DNA of 64,000 nt from Rhizophagus irregularis (GCF_026210795.1 NC_089435.1:4898001-4962000), one strand, 5' to 3'. Counted from the stretch's first letter, positions 14,086-28,686 are shown. Notes: generated by a model not told the origin, from the sequence alone. A program made the numbers and translations.

Positions 14086-15692
14086 GGAAAAGTCTCTATA
14101 CCACCCGGGTGGTACATGATTTTTTACCACCCTATCACGTGACGATTATTTTTTTAACGTTTATTTGTTTATCAAATAAAAATTTTTTTAACGCGTTGCG
14201 GTTTTTCTTCGAAACTTCTTGCAAGTTTCTAATATTATATATATATATTTTGTTAATTAGCGTTAAGTACCTCTTTTTTCTTCATAGATAGTTTTTTTCC
14301 AGCTTAGGGGGCTTTCAGTAAGTCTTTTATGCCACCATATATGTTTCTTTTTGTTAATTAACGTTACCTGATCTTTTTTTTGTAGGTACTTCTTTTCTTA
14401 GCTTCAGAGCTTTCAGTAAGTTTTTTTTTAATATTGTTCCTATTTCTATTTATCAATTAATGTTGACTGTCCTCTTTTTTTTAGGTAGTTCTCTCTAGCT
14501 TTCAACTTGGCCTTGAATTTTAGCATTGGTGTTCTAGTAAATAGTTTCAGCCTTTCAAGTATTTCAGGCATTCGGTCTTTAGGAATTTATTTTCTTTAAC
14601 TTACCAGTCTCTTTTTTCTTTTTTTTTTGGTCAGGTTTTTTATTTTATTTTGTTTGACTTGCTTCTTTTTTTGTCTTGGGTTTTGTGACAATTTTATTTC
14701 TTCTGATGCTTTGGGCTTACATCATATCTTTTAATATTTGGATTTTCGTTTCTTTTGATACCTTGATTTTAAATTGTTTCATTTGATACCTTTATCTTCA
14801 TTCCTTCTTCATTACTCTCCTTTTTTTGTTTCTTTTCACCCTTTATTCTCATTCCTTTATCGTCTCCTTCCTTTTTTTTGTTTCCTTTTCATCCTCTTTT
14901 CTTTTTTTTTCATTTCTCTTCATTCCTATTTCATCTTCATTCTCTTTCTTTTTTTTCGTTCCTCTTCGTCTCCCTTTTTTATTTTTCTTTATCATTTTCT
15001 TTCTTTCTGTTCTTTCTTTATTTTCGTTTCCTCTTGTTCCTCTTCTTCTTTTTCATTTCTTCATCTCCTCCTTTCAATCTGTTTCTTCTTATTCTCTTTT
15101 CTTTTTTTTCATTTCATCTTCTTCACCTCCGTTTTGTTCATTTCTTTCATCTCTCTTTTTTTTCATTTATCCCTTTATTTTTTTTTATTCTCTTTGTTCC
15201 TTTTCATTTCCTTTTATTCTCCTTATTCCTTTTTATTCCACTTACTTTGGAATTCCGTAATGAAAAACTATATGATGTTTTAAGTTAAACAAAGACGAGA
15301 TAAATGACATTAATAAAGATGCTAACGAAGAATCAAATGATGCTAGTGGTAAACTAAATAATAAATATGTTTCTTTTGGTTTTCATTTCTTTTATATTTT
15401 GCTTTTTCCGATATTTACTATTTCATTTTTTCTGATGCTACGTCTATAATTCTTTGACTTCAATTTTAGTTGATCAAATAAAATAGTCAACAATGGCTAA
15501 ATAAAATTTATAAGTGCTTTTTTTTAATTTTTTTTTATTAAGAGAAGTGTGATAAAAAAACCCCCATAATAAAGCGAAAAAAATGTTTTATAAGTGCTAC
15601 AAGTGGTTTTAACCAATCAAATTTTATAAATCAATCACGTGACTAGGGTAGTAAAAACATGATACCACCCTGGGTGGTGGCTAGACAACTCC
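14086..15692. mobile_element. 1.6-kb Mutator-like non-autonomous element with micro-exon array and a pyrimidine-rich interior
   Basis: Imperfect ~55-bp TIRs (gg...gtct...accacc(c/a)gggtggta...catg...tttac.accct...tcacgtga). 9-bp flanking repeat ataaataaa at 14077 and 15693, but it is low-complexity. Confidence 0.75.
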
Positions 15693-16031
15693 ATAAATAA
15701 ATAAACTAAAAATAAATTAAATTTTGTGCAACGAAAAAAAAAATAAATATCATTTTTTTTCTGTTCTGCCGAATATTGTATGGTAAAAGTTTTTATACTT
15801 ATTTATTTATTTATTTACTTTATTTCTAAAAGAGTAGTAAATCTAAGACTATTACAAATAAAAGCAGATGGCATTTTCATGCGAAATAACTAATATGCGT
15901 GTATAGATCTCAAACTATTATCCCATATGAGACCTCACTCTTCAGTCGAAACTATTTGAAAAAATAGGACTACGCTAATTAATCAAATGGTAAAAGTTTT
16001 TATACTTCTCTCTTTTAAATTTTAAAGACTA

Positions 16032-19000
16032 CATTGCAGAAACCCGTGATTTGTTATAAGTCAATTTGGTAACCAACACGTGATGATGTGATTTCAGACG
16101 TTCATCGTGAAATTATTGATAGATGGTAAATATCATCGAAGAAATTAATTCAAGATATTTTTTCGATGTATTAGATATTATTTAACGATGAATCTACCGA
16201 TTTCTTAAGTTTTTTGTTTTGTTTTTTTATATATATTTTTTTGTTTTTTGTCATCTCTTTTATTAAATAAAAGTTAATTAATATGAAATTATAATAAAAT
16301 TTCATTGTAATAAAAAAACGATTTATATAAATTTCATTGTAAAAAATTATAAAATTGTAAATAAAAAACGCTGTTTTAATATTAATAAAAAATGCTGTTA
16401 TGAAAAAAAAGTCATAATAAAATACAATAGAATTATTGAAGAAAAAAGTGTCATCATATAATAAAATAATTATCTATCATAATAAAATGCCTATTGTGAA
16501 GATTTTATTATACAATAAAATACTGTATTATATGTTAACTAAATAGCTTATTGACTTATTATGCAGACGTCCAAGATCATGCTTTCATATAAATAAACTC
16601 ACTTTGATCGTATTTTATGAACATAAACCAATATTGGTAGCGATAATTCCTATTGGCGCCGTGAAAATCATGATACTCCAGTGACTCTCTCACGATATCC
16701 GTACCATAAAGCCCTTTAAACTTTAATATAGTACTTATTTTGACTAATAATGATAGACTTTTTATTCCAATTTTAATAGACTTTTTACCCATCTTTTTAA
16801 CTAGTAAATAAAACACCACCCGTGAGAATATCAAGAAAAAAATCACAAATTTTAACTAATAAAATTCAATTCAGCTTGAAATATCATATGTTGCTATATT
16901 TTATTTAACACAAGTACATAACATTATACTACAAGTTTAAAAATAAACAAAATAAATATGGTGATATGACATATCACAATTTACAATTCCAATATTCTTT
17001 TACTCAAACAAAAGGTAAATAAACAATTTGTACGTCAAATAATATTATGTACTGTATGATTAAGATTAGTAAAAATATGAAAAGACAAGTTGAACTCCAC
17101 ACAAAAATGTATTATATAGATTAAATAATAATGATGCGGTGAGAATTACTATGAGAATAAGAATGCATACATTACAAAAAAAAATAGTTGCTTAGCAGAA
17201 AATGGTGATATTATAACAAAAGAAATGTACAAATGTTACATGCATTAATATCGAGTTGGAAGGATAAAAGCATCAATGGTGTAGACCAATAGGGGATGTA
17301 ATAGAAAGGGCTATGTCGATAGGGTATTAGCCAATAATTAATAATAATAGATTTGTAATGAAATAATAAAAGTTCCGTATGAATGAAATAGTAATTTAGA
17401 AGTGATAACGCTATGAATTACACTAGTCGAAATATGAATATTCGACCTTATAATAATTTGGCCTATCTATATTCGGCCAAAATTAAACTATTCGACCTAA
17501 ATTAATAATGATCTATATAAAAAATTAGTATTTTTTTTTTGTCCTTCTTTTTCCCTTTCCCTTCTTTCCCTTCCCTTCATTCCTTTACTTTCCCTTATTC
17601 TTTTCCCTCTTTTTCTTTGTCCTTTTTTCTTTCCTTTATTTTTTAGAGCTCCTCAGAATTCGACTATCCAATTCTGATACGTGATATGAGAGATAATCTA
17701 AAGAAATCTTTTTTGTAGGACTTCGGCTTCTTTACTATAGCTCCGGAACTTGGTAAGTTTTGTTTTTTAGGTTTTGGTTATATGGAAATTCGAAGGTATA
17801 AGTTCAAAGGTAGTATATACCTTCGAATTTTTTACTTTTTTTTAACGAACCATTTTTACTAACGGTTTCATGTTTTTCTTTTGTAGGTCCAAGACGCGAC
17901 TGGACTCCTGTTTCGAAGGTACAATATATTGTACCTTCAAATTTACTTTTTTTTTATTTTTAACAAAATGTTTTACTAATATTTTTATTTTTTCCTTTGT
18001 AGGTCTTGTACGGCTTGGACGCGGATTTAAAGTAAGTGTTTTTTTATTTTTCTTTTTACTTTCTTCAACGAAATGTTTATTAATTTTTTGTTTTTCATTT
18101 TATTTTCATTTTGTAAGGTACTTCGCTTCAAGTTTGAACTTAAGATTTTTTTTCTTTTTGTGGGTACTTCCGCTTTAACTTGAGAATCTTCTTTTTGTAG
18201 GTACTTCTTAAAGTCTTATCCTGGCGGAAAGCACACATTTGCTTTAACTATTTCGATTCTAGTCTAAGACTTTCAGCCTGGACTCTGGAATTTGTTTCAA
18301 TTCAACTTCGGCTAGGGGTTTCTTTTCTTTTTTAGGTCACTTCGTTCCTGAACTTTAGGAATTTTTCATTTTGTGGGTTCTTCATTTTGAACTTTAACTT
18401 TGGGGGATTCTGACTTCAGATTTTTTTTGAAAGGTTGACTCGACTTTTAATTTGACTTTGACTTCAGATTTGCTTTTTTGTAGGTATTTCAAATTTTCAA
18501 TTTTGATTTCAGCCTGGAATTTTCTCTTTGTAAGTACTTTAAACTTCGACTTTGACCTCTCGTTTGGATTTTGATTTTCTTTTTGTAGGTTGATTCAAAC
18601 TTTGACTTTGACTTTGGCTTTGAATTCAGATTCAGAATTTTCTCTTGTGGATTTATTTCAACTATGGCTTTGGATTCAAATTTTCTTTTTGTAGGTTTCT
18701 TTGATTCAACTGCTGATGTTATTTTTGTAAGTTTTTAAAGATGGATTTGGGCTTTATTTTCTTTAGGTGTGGTGAATTTAGTGCTGACTGACTTGAATTT
18801 TTTTATTTTAGATTTGGACTTGAATTTTCTTTAGGTGCAGCGAATTTGAAACAATTGGACTTTGTTTTTTAGAACGGACTTGAACTTAGTTTCGACTGGA
18901 CCATTTTTCGGGAAGTATGAATTTGGGGTAATTTTTTATTTGAGAAACATTTCATTAATTTTTCTTTCTCTTAATGACATTTTTGCAGGTTCCGGTCAGA

Positions 19001-19419
19001 TTTCTTCTTTTTGAAATATGAGAAGTATGATTGTTAGGGTTTATGATTGTTAGGGTTAATTAGCTTAGAATAGGAACTTTACTATTACTTAATGACTTAT
19101 TTACAACTTCGAAAATAAAATTTTACTATAACTTTAATATAATTGTACTATTTATTTACTATCTACCGGCATAATATAACTTTAATATACATTTAATACA
19201 ATTTGACTATAACTTAAACTTGACTATAACAACATAACTTACGATTTTTACAAGACCCGGTGATGATCTCCTTAATACGCGTAAACTTTATACATACGAT
19301 CAACTTAATCTTATCGTGACTATGTGAAACCATATCGTGACCAAATCTTAGTTATAAGGTCTGCAATAAATTTTCGACTTAGTCACGATATGGTTTCGAT
19401 TATAAAAAGTTCTGCAATG
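16032..19419. mobile_element. 3.4-kb TA-duplicating TIR element related to 5816-11134, in opposite orientation
   Basis: TA[cattgcagaa...ttctgcaatg]TA with 10-bp TIRs. It shares subterminal tcgtgacta/tagtcacga motifs and the internal micro-exon array. No empty site is available. Confidence 0.7.
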
Positions 19420-20695
19420 TAATTTGTTTACATTTTTTTTTTACAAAAACCTAACAAAAACTTTTACTGAGATTCAGGTTATATATACCTTAAAAGCCAA
19501 AAAAATTCCCCTAAATATTTTTCGCTTGTTTAGAAATGTGAGAGAATTAAAAACAAGAACAACCAATAAGTTAAGACAGTCCTGACTTCTAACTATTGAG
19601 GTAGGTCTGTAGGTCTTCCTTTTATTTTTATTTTTTTTTATTTTTATTACTTTTTTACTGTTTTTTAAAGCAATATTAATGTTTCCTTTTCTTTTCCTAT
19701 TGTTACAGCAGCAGTTCTTTCTTATCTTGGTTCTTTCTTATTATTATAGTTTCTTTATTATTGCTAAGATTTTTCCTTATCTTATATTTCCTTTTTATTT
19801 CTTGTTATGGACTTAAGCTGACTTGAGTTTTACCTAAAGAAAAAAAGAGAAAAGAAATGTTAGTGAATGTTAGTGATGTTCCTACAATAAAAAAAAATAT
19901 ATAACCCGAACTCTTTAACTTGCCATTTTCAAATTTCAAGTCAGGAGTACAATTCTAAAGAAAAATAATAAAAAAAATGTTTAATGTAAATGATTGAACG
20001 AATATTTTATTAACATAAATAAACATAATTTTTTTTTTATATAAAATAAAATTTCATCAAGGTACGATCACTGTAGTAAAATTATTTTTATAAGTATCGA
20101 TTCGTTAGTAGCGACTCTTTACTAGTAGTGGGATTCGGATTATTATAGCCATTTTTCTAAATTCGAAAAATCCATTTTATTAACCAGTAGGTAAGTAACT
20201 ATTTCCAAGTATTTAAACAGTATATATTATTTATTTCGGATTTATAATTAATGATTTTTGCAAGTTTTCTATTGCTTCACCATCGTTACTTTGCCAATAA
20301 GATATTTCTCTACAAATTAAATAGTTATAGAACCACTTTCATGATTCATTTTCATGAAAAAATTTTTTTTTCATATTATGTATTTAATTTGGTATTATTT
20401 GTTAGTTTCAGTTGACACCAAATAGTGGTGGAAAATAATTAAAATTTATTAGAAACATAGTCTTATATACTAACGTACTATATAACGTTAAAATTAGGAA
20501 CCATTAATTTGGCCTAAGTTATAATAAAAATTTTCAATAAAAAAAGTTCTTTTTTATATGAAATAATTTAAAAAAGAATGGAGTGAATTTTTTTTTTTTG
20601 GTAGAGGCGAGATAAAGCATAAGTACTGTGTTATTACTACATAATAATCGAAGACCTTATATATATAGAACTTTTTTTCATTTTTATCATGTAAT

Positions 20696-22980
20696 TTAAT
20701 CTTGGTTTGTATTGTTTCTTGTGATGTTAAGATTATCCTCTCTAACAGCTTGAAGAAGTTCATTTTTCAAATTTTGGCCAATTTCATTTTTAACAGCTTG
20801 AAGGAGTTCATTTTTCAAATTTTGACCAATTTCATTTTTAACAGCTTGAAGAATTTCATCTTTAAAAATTTGTGATGATATCCTATTATTATTAGGTGTT
20901 GAAATTACTTCTTGCCCATACTTATAATTATTAGTATTAACTACTGCTGGAGCTGGAATTGTTGGTTCGTGATCGCTAGTATTTTCATTTTGGAGCGTTT
21001 GCATAATTTCTTGCCCATGATGATCATTAACTGGAATTATTATTGGTTCATGGTTGGTTGTATTTTCATTTTCGGGTGTTAGAATAATTTCTTGCTTATG
21101 ATAGTTATTCTTATTAATTATTGGAGGTGGAATTATTATTGGTTCATAATTGGACGTACTTTCATTTCTAGGTATTTGATCAATTTGAATAGTTTCTTGC
21201 TCATTATTATTGATATCTTGTTCATAATTATGAATATCCCTTATGATAGGAAGCTCCTTTTCTTCTTGACTGTAATCATTATTATTATCATTTTCATGAA
21301 TAGTTTTTTGTTTATTTTTATTCCATTTATATATCAAGAAACTTCCAACTGATAATAAAATACCACTCAATAAAGATCCCACAACTATACCAGCTGTATT
21401 GCCTGAATTATTTGGTGGTAATGAAGAAGGTGAAGGCGAAGGTGAAGGCGAAGGTGGTGGTAATGGTGGCAATGTTGATGGTGGTGGTGATGGTGGTAGT
21501 GTTGGTGGTGGTGGCATTTTTGGATCAAATATTGTTGTCCATATATATTCTTCATTATTACTAATATCAAGCAATAATATATCACTTTCAACTGTTTTAT
21601 CATAACCATATCCTATTAATAAATCAAAATTTTTTTTGTTTTGTTAAAATAATTATCAATCAAATTAAATAGAAGAGTATCATAAAATATTATTTTTACC
21701 AAATGATACAACCATATATTTTCCAATTACATTTGCTTTATGAAGAGCTCTAGGATTTGGGATTTTTCCAGAAATTTTTGGAATGTACCAATTATAATTA
21801 GCTAAATCTAATACGTAAAGTGTAGTATCTAAATATCCAGTATTTGTAAAAATTCCTCCAAAAATTATGATTCTTTTACCATCTAAACCTGTTGAAAATA
21901 TAATGAAAATTTACCATTACTGACTAATATTAATCTTCTAATAATAATCATAGCATACTCATTTTGATTACATACCAAGAATAGCGGAAAAATCAGCTCT
22001 ATTAGAAGGGATTTTTCCTGATGTTACCTAAATTTAATAATTGAAATTAATTCACAACTGAATATAAAAATTTTCATCATAATAATTTGTATAACTTACT
22101 TTTGTATCCCAATTGTCATTAATCAAATCATATATATAAATCTACAAATAATTTATCATAATTAATTAGATTTATTTTTTAAAAAAAATTTATATATTTA
22201 CAAAATATACCTCGCTTAATGTTAAAGTAGTTCCTTTGGCAATATTCAAAGTATTAGTATCAAAAGTAGTAGCAACATCATTATCACCACCTAAACAATA
22301 AGCGTTCATTAATAAAATAACAAATATATTTAAATAAATATAATATGTCGCTTACCTATGTAAATAATCTTATTGTTAGGTAATAAAACGGCACCATAAT
22401 TCATTCTTGGAGTTGGGGCGTTAATTATACTTCCTTTACTCCAATTAAGATTTATTGTATCTAAAATAAGCATTTCATTTACATAATCAGTATTTGTTTC
22501 CCCACTCCATAAATACATCCTTCCGTCATTATTAATAATGCCTGTTAAACTCCGTTTTCTAATTGTATTAACTCCAGCTATTTTTGGAACACTCCATACA
22601 ATTCTTTGTGAATCAAATGTATAAACCAATGCCATTGTTTGATCTGTACTAGCTCCTCCGTATAAAAATAGAGTATCATTATTTGGACCACCTTTAACTG
22701 ACGCAGCAGAAGAATGAGGTGGAACCATATTAATATTTGATAAATCTTGCCATGATAATTCTTGAGTATTAAATGGTACAGAAACATCAAGGTAAAAAAA
22801 TTCATTTATGCGTTTTATGTTTAAATCATATCCACCCAAAATATATAATTTATTATCAATGAGTGTAGCAGTATGACGATTATATACACTTGGCTTAAAG
22901 GGCGTCATTTGACAATTTACTCTAACAAATATTTGTATTAGTATCCATAATATGAAGTAAACTGAAGAATTTCTTGACAT
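20696..22980 (-). CDS. Kelch-repeat (galactose-oxidase-like beta-propeller) type I membrane protein, copy 2; 6 exons, 634 aa
   Basis: GT-AG exons 22980-22356, 22290-22211, 22141-22100, 22027-21976, 21888-21700, 21612-20696 join in frame (1905 nt). Signal peptide, Kelch GG...W motifs, Pro/Ser linker, TM (AGIVVGSLLSGILLSVGSFLIY), basic stop-transfer, cytosolic tail. Confidence 0.92.
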
Positions 22981-25900
22981 GATCGTAATTTACTTAATAA
23001 TTGAAATGAATAATATTTAAGGAAAAAAATATTTATTCACTTTTTTAAAAAAGAATTTTACGGTATTTAAATGTTTAACGTTACACTTAGCATTATAACA
23101 TGGTTGCATAGAACGGCGGAATCATAATATTCAAGTATTTATTTTTTCACAATAATATAATTAATGCACACCCACATACTCTATGCAAATTTATTAGCAC
23201 AATTTCCACATGTATTGCATAAAATCATAAGATAAAAATAGCAAATTCAATAATGTTAAAACGTTACCCAAATAATTAAATTAATTTTTTGGCTTGAAAA
23301 TACGCTGTGTAAAATAAGATGATCCAATAAGAAATAAATTGTTACGATGTTTGTGATCAACAAGAATGATCAAACCTAAATAAATATGCAGTGTATTATC
23401 GTGTTAAATTGCATTTGAAAAATTCAAAAGTACTGTAGATGACTTAAATGCTGATTGAAAAGTTAACTATCTCAAAAAAAAAAATTTCTTGAAACTATGA
23501 ATTTTCCTTGCCGATGAAAGTCTTGCGATTACATAACCTTCATGAATGTTTGAATTTATAAATAAAAAAACAAATAGTATAACGATTCACTTTAGGCATA
23601 AAATTGGTTAAATATATAATGTGGACCGCAGGGTCGATTATCCGTAGAAGTTGCATAAAAAACAGAATGGTTAAAATAATAGATTCTATTTTAAATTTCT
23701 ATATCAAGTAATATAATGAATTGGCTTCTGCATGTATTTATAATTTATTAAATATACAGTATATTATTGGTTGGGGAATAGTTATGTCGGTCACAGGACC
23801 AGATATTTGGGCAACGTAATAGTAAATATTTTTTGGATATGACGCAGCATATTTACAGAATTACAGTAGAGTCAGGCTACACTTCAATATAAATGTAATA
23901 AAAACAGTATTTATAGTAAAATATATATATACATTTCACGGTCCTATTTATAGTCTACATACAGTTATGTAATATACTTTATATACATACAGTAATTAAT
24001 AAAAACCTAATTTAGATAATTGAACCGAAGATCTATTCTTTTACTAGACTTTAAATAAACTGCCCAAAAAATAAAGTTTTTTAAGACTAAATAAAAATAA
24101 TAATGAAAATATATATAAAAGTTTCGGCTCTTTGTTTCAGATAATACAAAGATATTTGTTATCAATAAAGCTAAATTCGAAAATGGGATTAGGATTTACA
24201 CAAAGAAACTTTTTGAACTCATTTACAATAACTCTCTTTTGGGAAGTAATGATGACGAACAATTTACTTTTTTTTCTTGGCCATTTTTAGAGAATTATAA
24301 ATTGGCTTTATGTACCTGCTGCTTAAAATGAAAATCTCATCAAGTAACACTAAACTTGATCTTGATTTAGTACTCTTCTTTCTTTTTGGTTTTTATTCCT
24401 TGTTCGCATTGTAGAAACAATAGAAACAATAGAAAAATGTTGAATGTTGTGTATATATGTACATAAAAGGAAGTTCTGTTTAATCGGCTGTTAATTTAAC
24501 CGAAGGGTACAAATTTAAATGTCTCAGGTACAGATAGATCAATCATTTTTTTTTCCGACTTAATAATTATTAATGATACGTTATAGTTTCATTATAATTT
24601 AAGGAAAGGATGTATGATAAGTTATGTCAAATGACCGTCATAATATTAACTTGATTTGCTAAATAGACCAAGAAAAATCTTGTTACGTCACAACTTTTTT
24701 GTCAATTTTTTTTTTTTATACCAACCAAATAACAGAGTAATTAAACCAAAAAATGATACTGTATACACTAGGGCCAGCAAAATCTTATGTGACACAAAAT
24801 TAATATAATATATATTATCAGTTATCCTCATAAGTTCATGCAGATTTTACTTAATTGTTATTTAGGTCGGTTATCTCATATTACTATGTATTAGCATAAT
24901 AATAAAATTATTGGATAGTAACGGAAGTTTATTATAAAAATTGCATGAACGGTCCCGTCAAACCGATAATATATAATAATTGAATATTAAATCTTACCTG
25001 GGGGAGTCTAGTTTCTACTTTTATAAATTAGCTAAAGGATGCACAATATATTAATTTAGCTCATTAATATAAATTTTATGTTATCAAAAAATTAAAAAGC
25101 ACCAGGAATTCTAACGTTAATTGCAAAAGTTCTTAGATTAGTATGTTGCAGTGATTCTAATAAAAAATGTGTAGGTCCATCGGTACGCACGCCTAACAAC
25201 AGTACAATTGTTTAAAATTCGTTTATTTCATATGATGATCAACAAATTTCGCAAGAATTACTCATTATTTACATAGGATCATGTTATTCATGTATAGAAA
25301 AACTTTATAGTTATCCAATAGTATTTTATATTATTATTTATACGCGTAATAAAATAATATTTATATACATTATCAATACTATAAATTAATTAATGTGGAA
25401 AATTAAAAAAGTGCAGTTATTAAATGAAAAATTACCTCCTTAAAGGTGATAAAATTATACTTTGTTAGACTATTTAGACTATTGATAAACTATTTATACA
25501 TGATCATAGAGGCATTATATAATATAAAGCTCATTAATTCTTTCTGGTGCAATTGGTGCAATAGGAATAATTGTTCTGCCATTTTTTGTTTTATAACAAA
25601 ATAGTTTCGCCAATTAAGTATTATAAACTTTTGATATATTACTTAAAAAAACCAATTCCTTCCAAAAAAAAAACCAATTCGAAACCATAAACGGAGTGAT
25701 AAGCCACTAAATTATCATGTGCGTCATGTGCGTCATTGTGCATCCGATATTATCACTTATTTTTTGATCGACATATTGATCAAAATTCGTATTAAAATTC
25801 GTATTTATCACTAAATTTGATTAGTGAGACAAATCGCACACACGTACGCCACAAACAATACGCCCCCCTAAATTGGGACGGGCTTGTAATCCAAATTAAT

Positions 25901-26587
25901 TGAATCTGATCCGAGTATTACCGTTATATTTCTAAAAACTCAGTGAACTCATATGACTCACATGGAATATAAACTAATTTTTATTCCAATTAATCCTTTT
26001 TACACAAATATTAACATTTTATTCAAGATGGTTTCTTTCTTCGGTTTCAAAATATTATCGAACGCACTTTGCCAACCCTAATATAAACTAATTAAAGTAC
26101 AATTTTAACAATTTCATGATTGATAACAAAAAAAATCCAAATAGTACTAGTTTTTTTTTTGGTTTATTTTAGTAAATAGTTGTCAAACAAAGATTCCACG
26201 GAAATTGAGAAAAAATAATGAATACTTTATAAAATTATACAGCATATTGTATATCTTGATTCTAAAAAAAAATTACAATTTTTTTATATTACAATAAATA
26301 ATTTTCTTTCTCTTTTTTATATCACGGAAAGTATTTCCGATTTATTTTGAAATTGATTTTTAATAATTCTGATAATGGGATTATGTGATGAATGGAGATA
26401 TGCATCATCGTTTCAGAAATTTTTGTTCGTGTGACCATGTATAATATAATCTAAGACTCTCGAAATTATATAAACTGCCTTGTTCCTTATCGTTTTCAAA
26501 AGTAACATAGAAATTTTATCATTCTATAGTCTCCTTACAAAGAATTTCTAAATATCAAAAATAAATAAATTAAAAAAAAAAGGGAAA

Positions 26588-26758
26588 ATGAACCAACCAT
26601 CATATATACAGGATCGTATTCATAAGCGTCGAATTCGACGACGACTAAGAATTAGATTAAATCCTATTACTAGACAAATTAGACAATTACCAATACAAAA
26701 CATATACAACGTTTATTCATTCGAAAATCAATTATTTAATGGAACCAATTTCCCTTAA
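26588..26758 (+). CDS. Arg-rich small ORF family, copy 1 (56 aa; below the ORF-track cutoff)
   Basis: MNQPSYIQDRIHKRRIRRRLRIRLNPITRQIRQLPIQNIYNVYSFENQLFNGTNFP. Same start context, frame and stop as the ORFs at 32121 and 50441. Confidence 0.5.
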   Translation: MNQPSYIQDRIHKRRIRRRLRIRLNPITRQIRQLPIQNIYNVYSFENQLFNGTNFP

Positions 26759-26787
26759 AATTGTTCACTTAATAATCACTATACTTA

Positions 26788-27215
26788 GTTCCTTTCTAAT
26801 AGACCTTTCGCGTTTATTCGAATCTTTTTTTTTTAATTTCATGGCCTAATAATTACATTTAATCCCTTCTAATAGACCATTCGCTTACGTTTATTCGAAT
26901 TATTTTAATTTCGTAGCCTAATAATTAAATTTAATCCCTTCTAATAGACCATTCGCTTACGTTTATTCGAATTTTTTTTTTAATTTCGTAACATTTAATT
27001 TCCTTCTAATAGATCCTTCGTTTGCGTTTATTCGACCTTTCGCTTGTTCGTTTGCGTTTATTCGAATCTTTTTTTTTACATAATAATTATATTTAATTCC
27101 AATCTAATAGACTTTTCGCTTACGTTCGCTTGCGTTTATTCGAATCTTTTTTTTTAATTTCGTAGCATTTAACTACCTTCTAATAGATCCTTCGTAGCAT
27201 AATAATTTACATTTA
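26788..27215 (+). repeat. Minisatellite of ~6 degenerate units (ttaatcccttctaatagaccattcgcttacgtttattcgaat...)
   Basis: tctaataga recurs at about 26796, 26868, 26940, 27006, 27103 and 27179. The paralogous regions have no such array. Confidence 0.85.
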
Positions 27216-28686
27216 ATTCTCTTCCTTCACATTCGAAATCCTATTCTAATTTCGCAAATCAAAATCCGTTTAATGATAAAGCTCGAATATCTCAAATACC
27301 ATTAGCATCCTATAAAAGAATACTCGTAGTTAATTCAAATGGCAAATGTACAACTTATTCGAATACAAGATTTTATTTATTACTTACCCTTTTATATTTC
27401 AAAAAAAAAAAATTTCAAGATCTTTTATTTGTAGATTAAAACTAGGAGGTTCACATAATATAAATTATTATTATTATTATTTAATTATAAGTCTCATATA
27501 TGATTAATTATTTGTTGAATTAAGAAAAAAAAAAAGAATCAAAGAAAATTCTTTATTCGTAAAATTTTAAATAAGTTTTAAAAAATATATATGTAAATTT
27601 TTCGGTGAGATTGATTAAAATTATTAAATTAAATAATCCGAATTAATAAAAATAGTATTAAAAAAAACATGAAATAAGCTTCACATAAAAACTCAATGGA
27701 AAAAAGAACTTGAAATTTTTCAATAGGATTTTATACAATATTTACGGTTGAATTTAATAGAATACTTTTAAGGAAATAAAAAATAACGTTGCTATATGCG
27801 TATATGTGATCGTTATATGGCCAGAAGAGATGTTGTACAAGGTCAAGATTGCGTCAAAACCCCTATTATTACCATTATTAATGATAAAAAAGGGAAAAAC
27901 TTAATTTTTTTCTTATTATGAGCGACAGTTTACAACAATAACTTTCTTTTTTCGACAATGGAAAATGAAATGACCCTAGACGACTTTATTGATAAGTATT
28001 ATTGGTGCAAAAATTTTAATATGTAATCCTAAAATCTCAGGTTGTTTAGACTCAAACTCATGGAGAAACTTAACAAGTTTTTCAAATAAATTTACAATAT
28101 ATAATTAATATTAATTTCATAAATACTAAGTATAAAAATTTTCGTAATATTATGTGATATAAAGTTTACTTGTATGATATGCGATACAGGTGACGACTGG
28201 TGACGTGGTCAATCAACACCTGACGCCTGAGGCACAGCATATACATTATACAATATGTTAAAAATTAGGTAAATAGTTTAAAGAAAATAACAATATGAAT
28301 TATGTGAACGCATATCTGTAATGTGTGACAAAGACTCGCTTACGGACCGTTTCCTGACATGCTATGCCGATTATATTGTACTTTTAAATTTTAGGAAATG
28401 GTTGGCACTCTTGGCAGATGATCAGCACATACGCCACGACTGTTTTTACGAAAAAATTTTTACCTTGAAAAAAAAGGGTTAATAAACTTTACTTTTAACT
28501 TCCAAAAATTACGCCTAAGAATGTATTTTCACCCGCTCTGCAAGTTTACTTAGAACGACGAAATAAGTTTTATATGACTTATACGCGTTTCTTTTAAAAA
28601 CATGCGCCACGTACATTAGCGCCACGTACAGTACATTAAATATGCGATTATGAACATCATGGATGATAAGTTACTAATTATAGAAC

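Noticed and set aside
14774..15288. Three overlapping Phe/Leu/Ser-rich ORFs (136-169 aa)
   Set aside because: They arise from an A-poor pyrimidine tract inside a TIR element; open frames in all three phases reflect lack of stop codons, not coding.
21092..21609. Antisense and alternate-frame ORFs (Gly/Glu-rich, His-rich) over the Kelch last exon, also at 3857, 36932-37470 and 42972-43468
   Set aside because: Shadows of the Pro/Ser linker codons of the real gene.
26788..27215. Possible CRISPR array
   Set aside because: The inter-repeat segments are similar to each other rather than unique spacers, there are no cas genes, and the context is eukaryotic.
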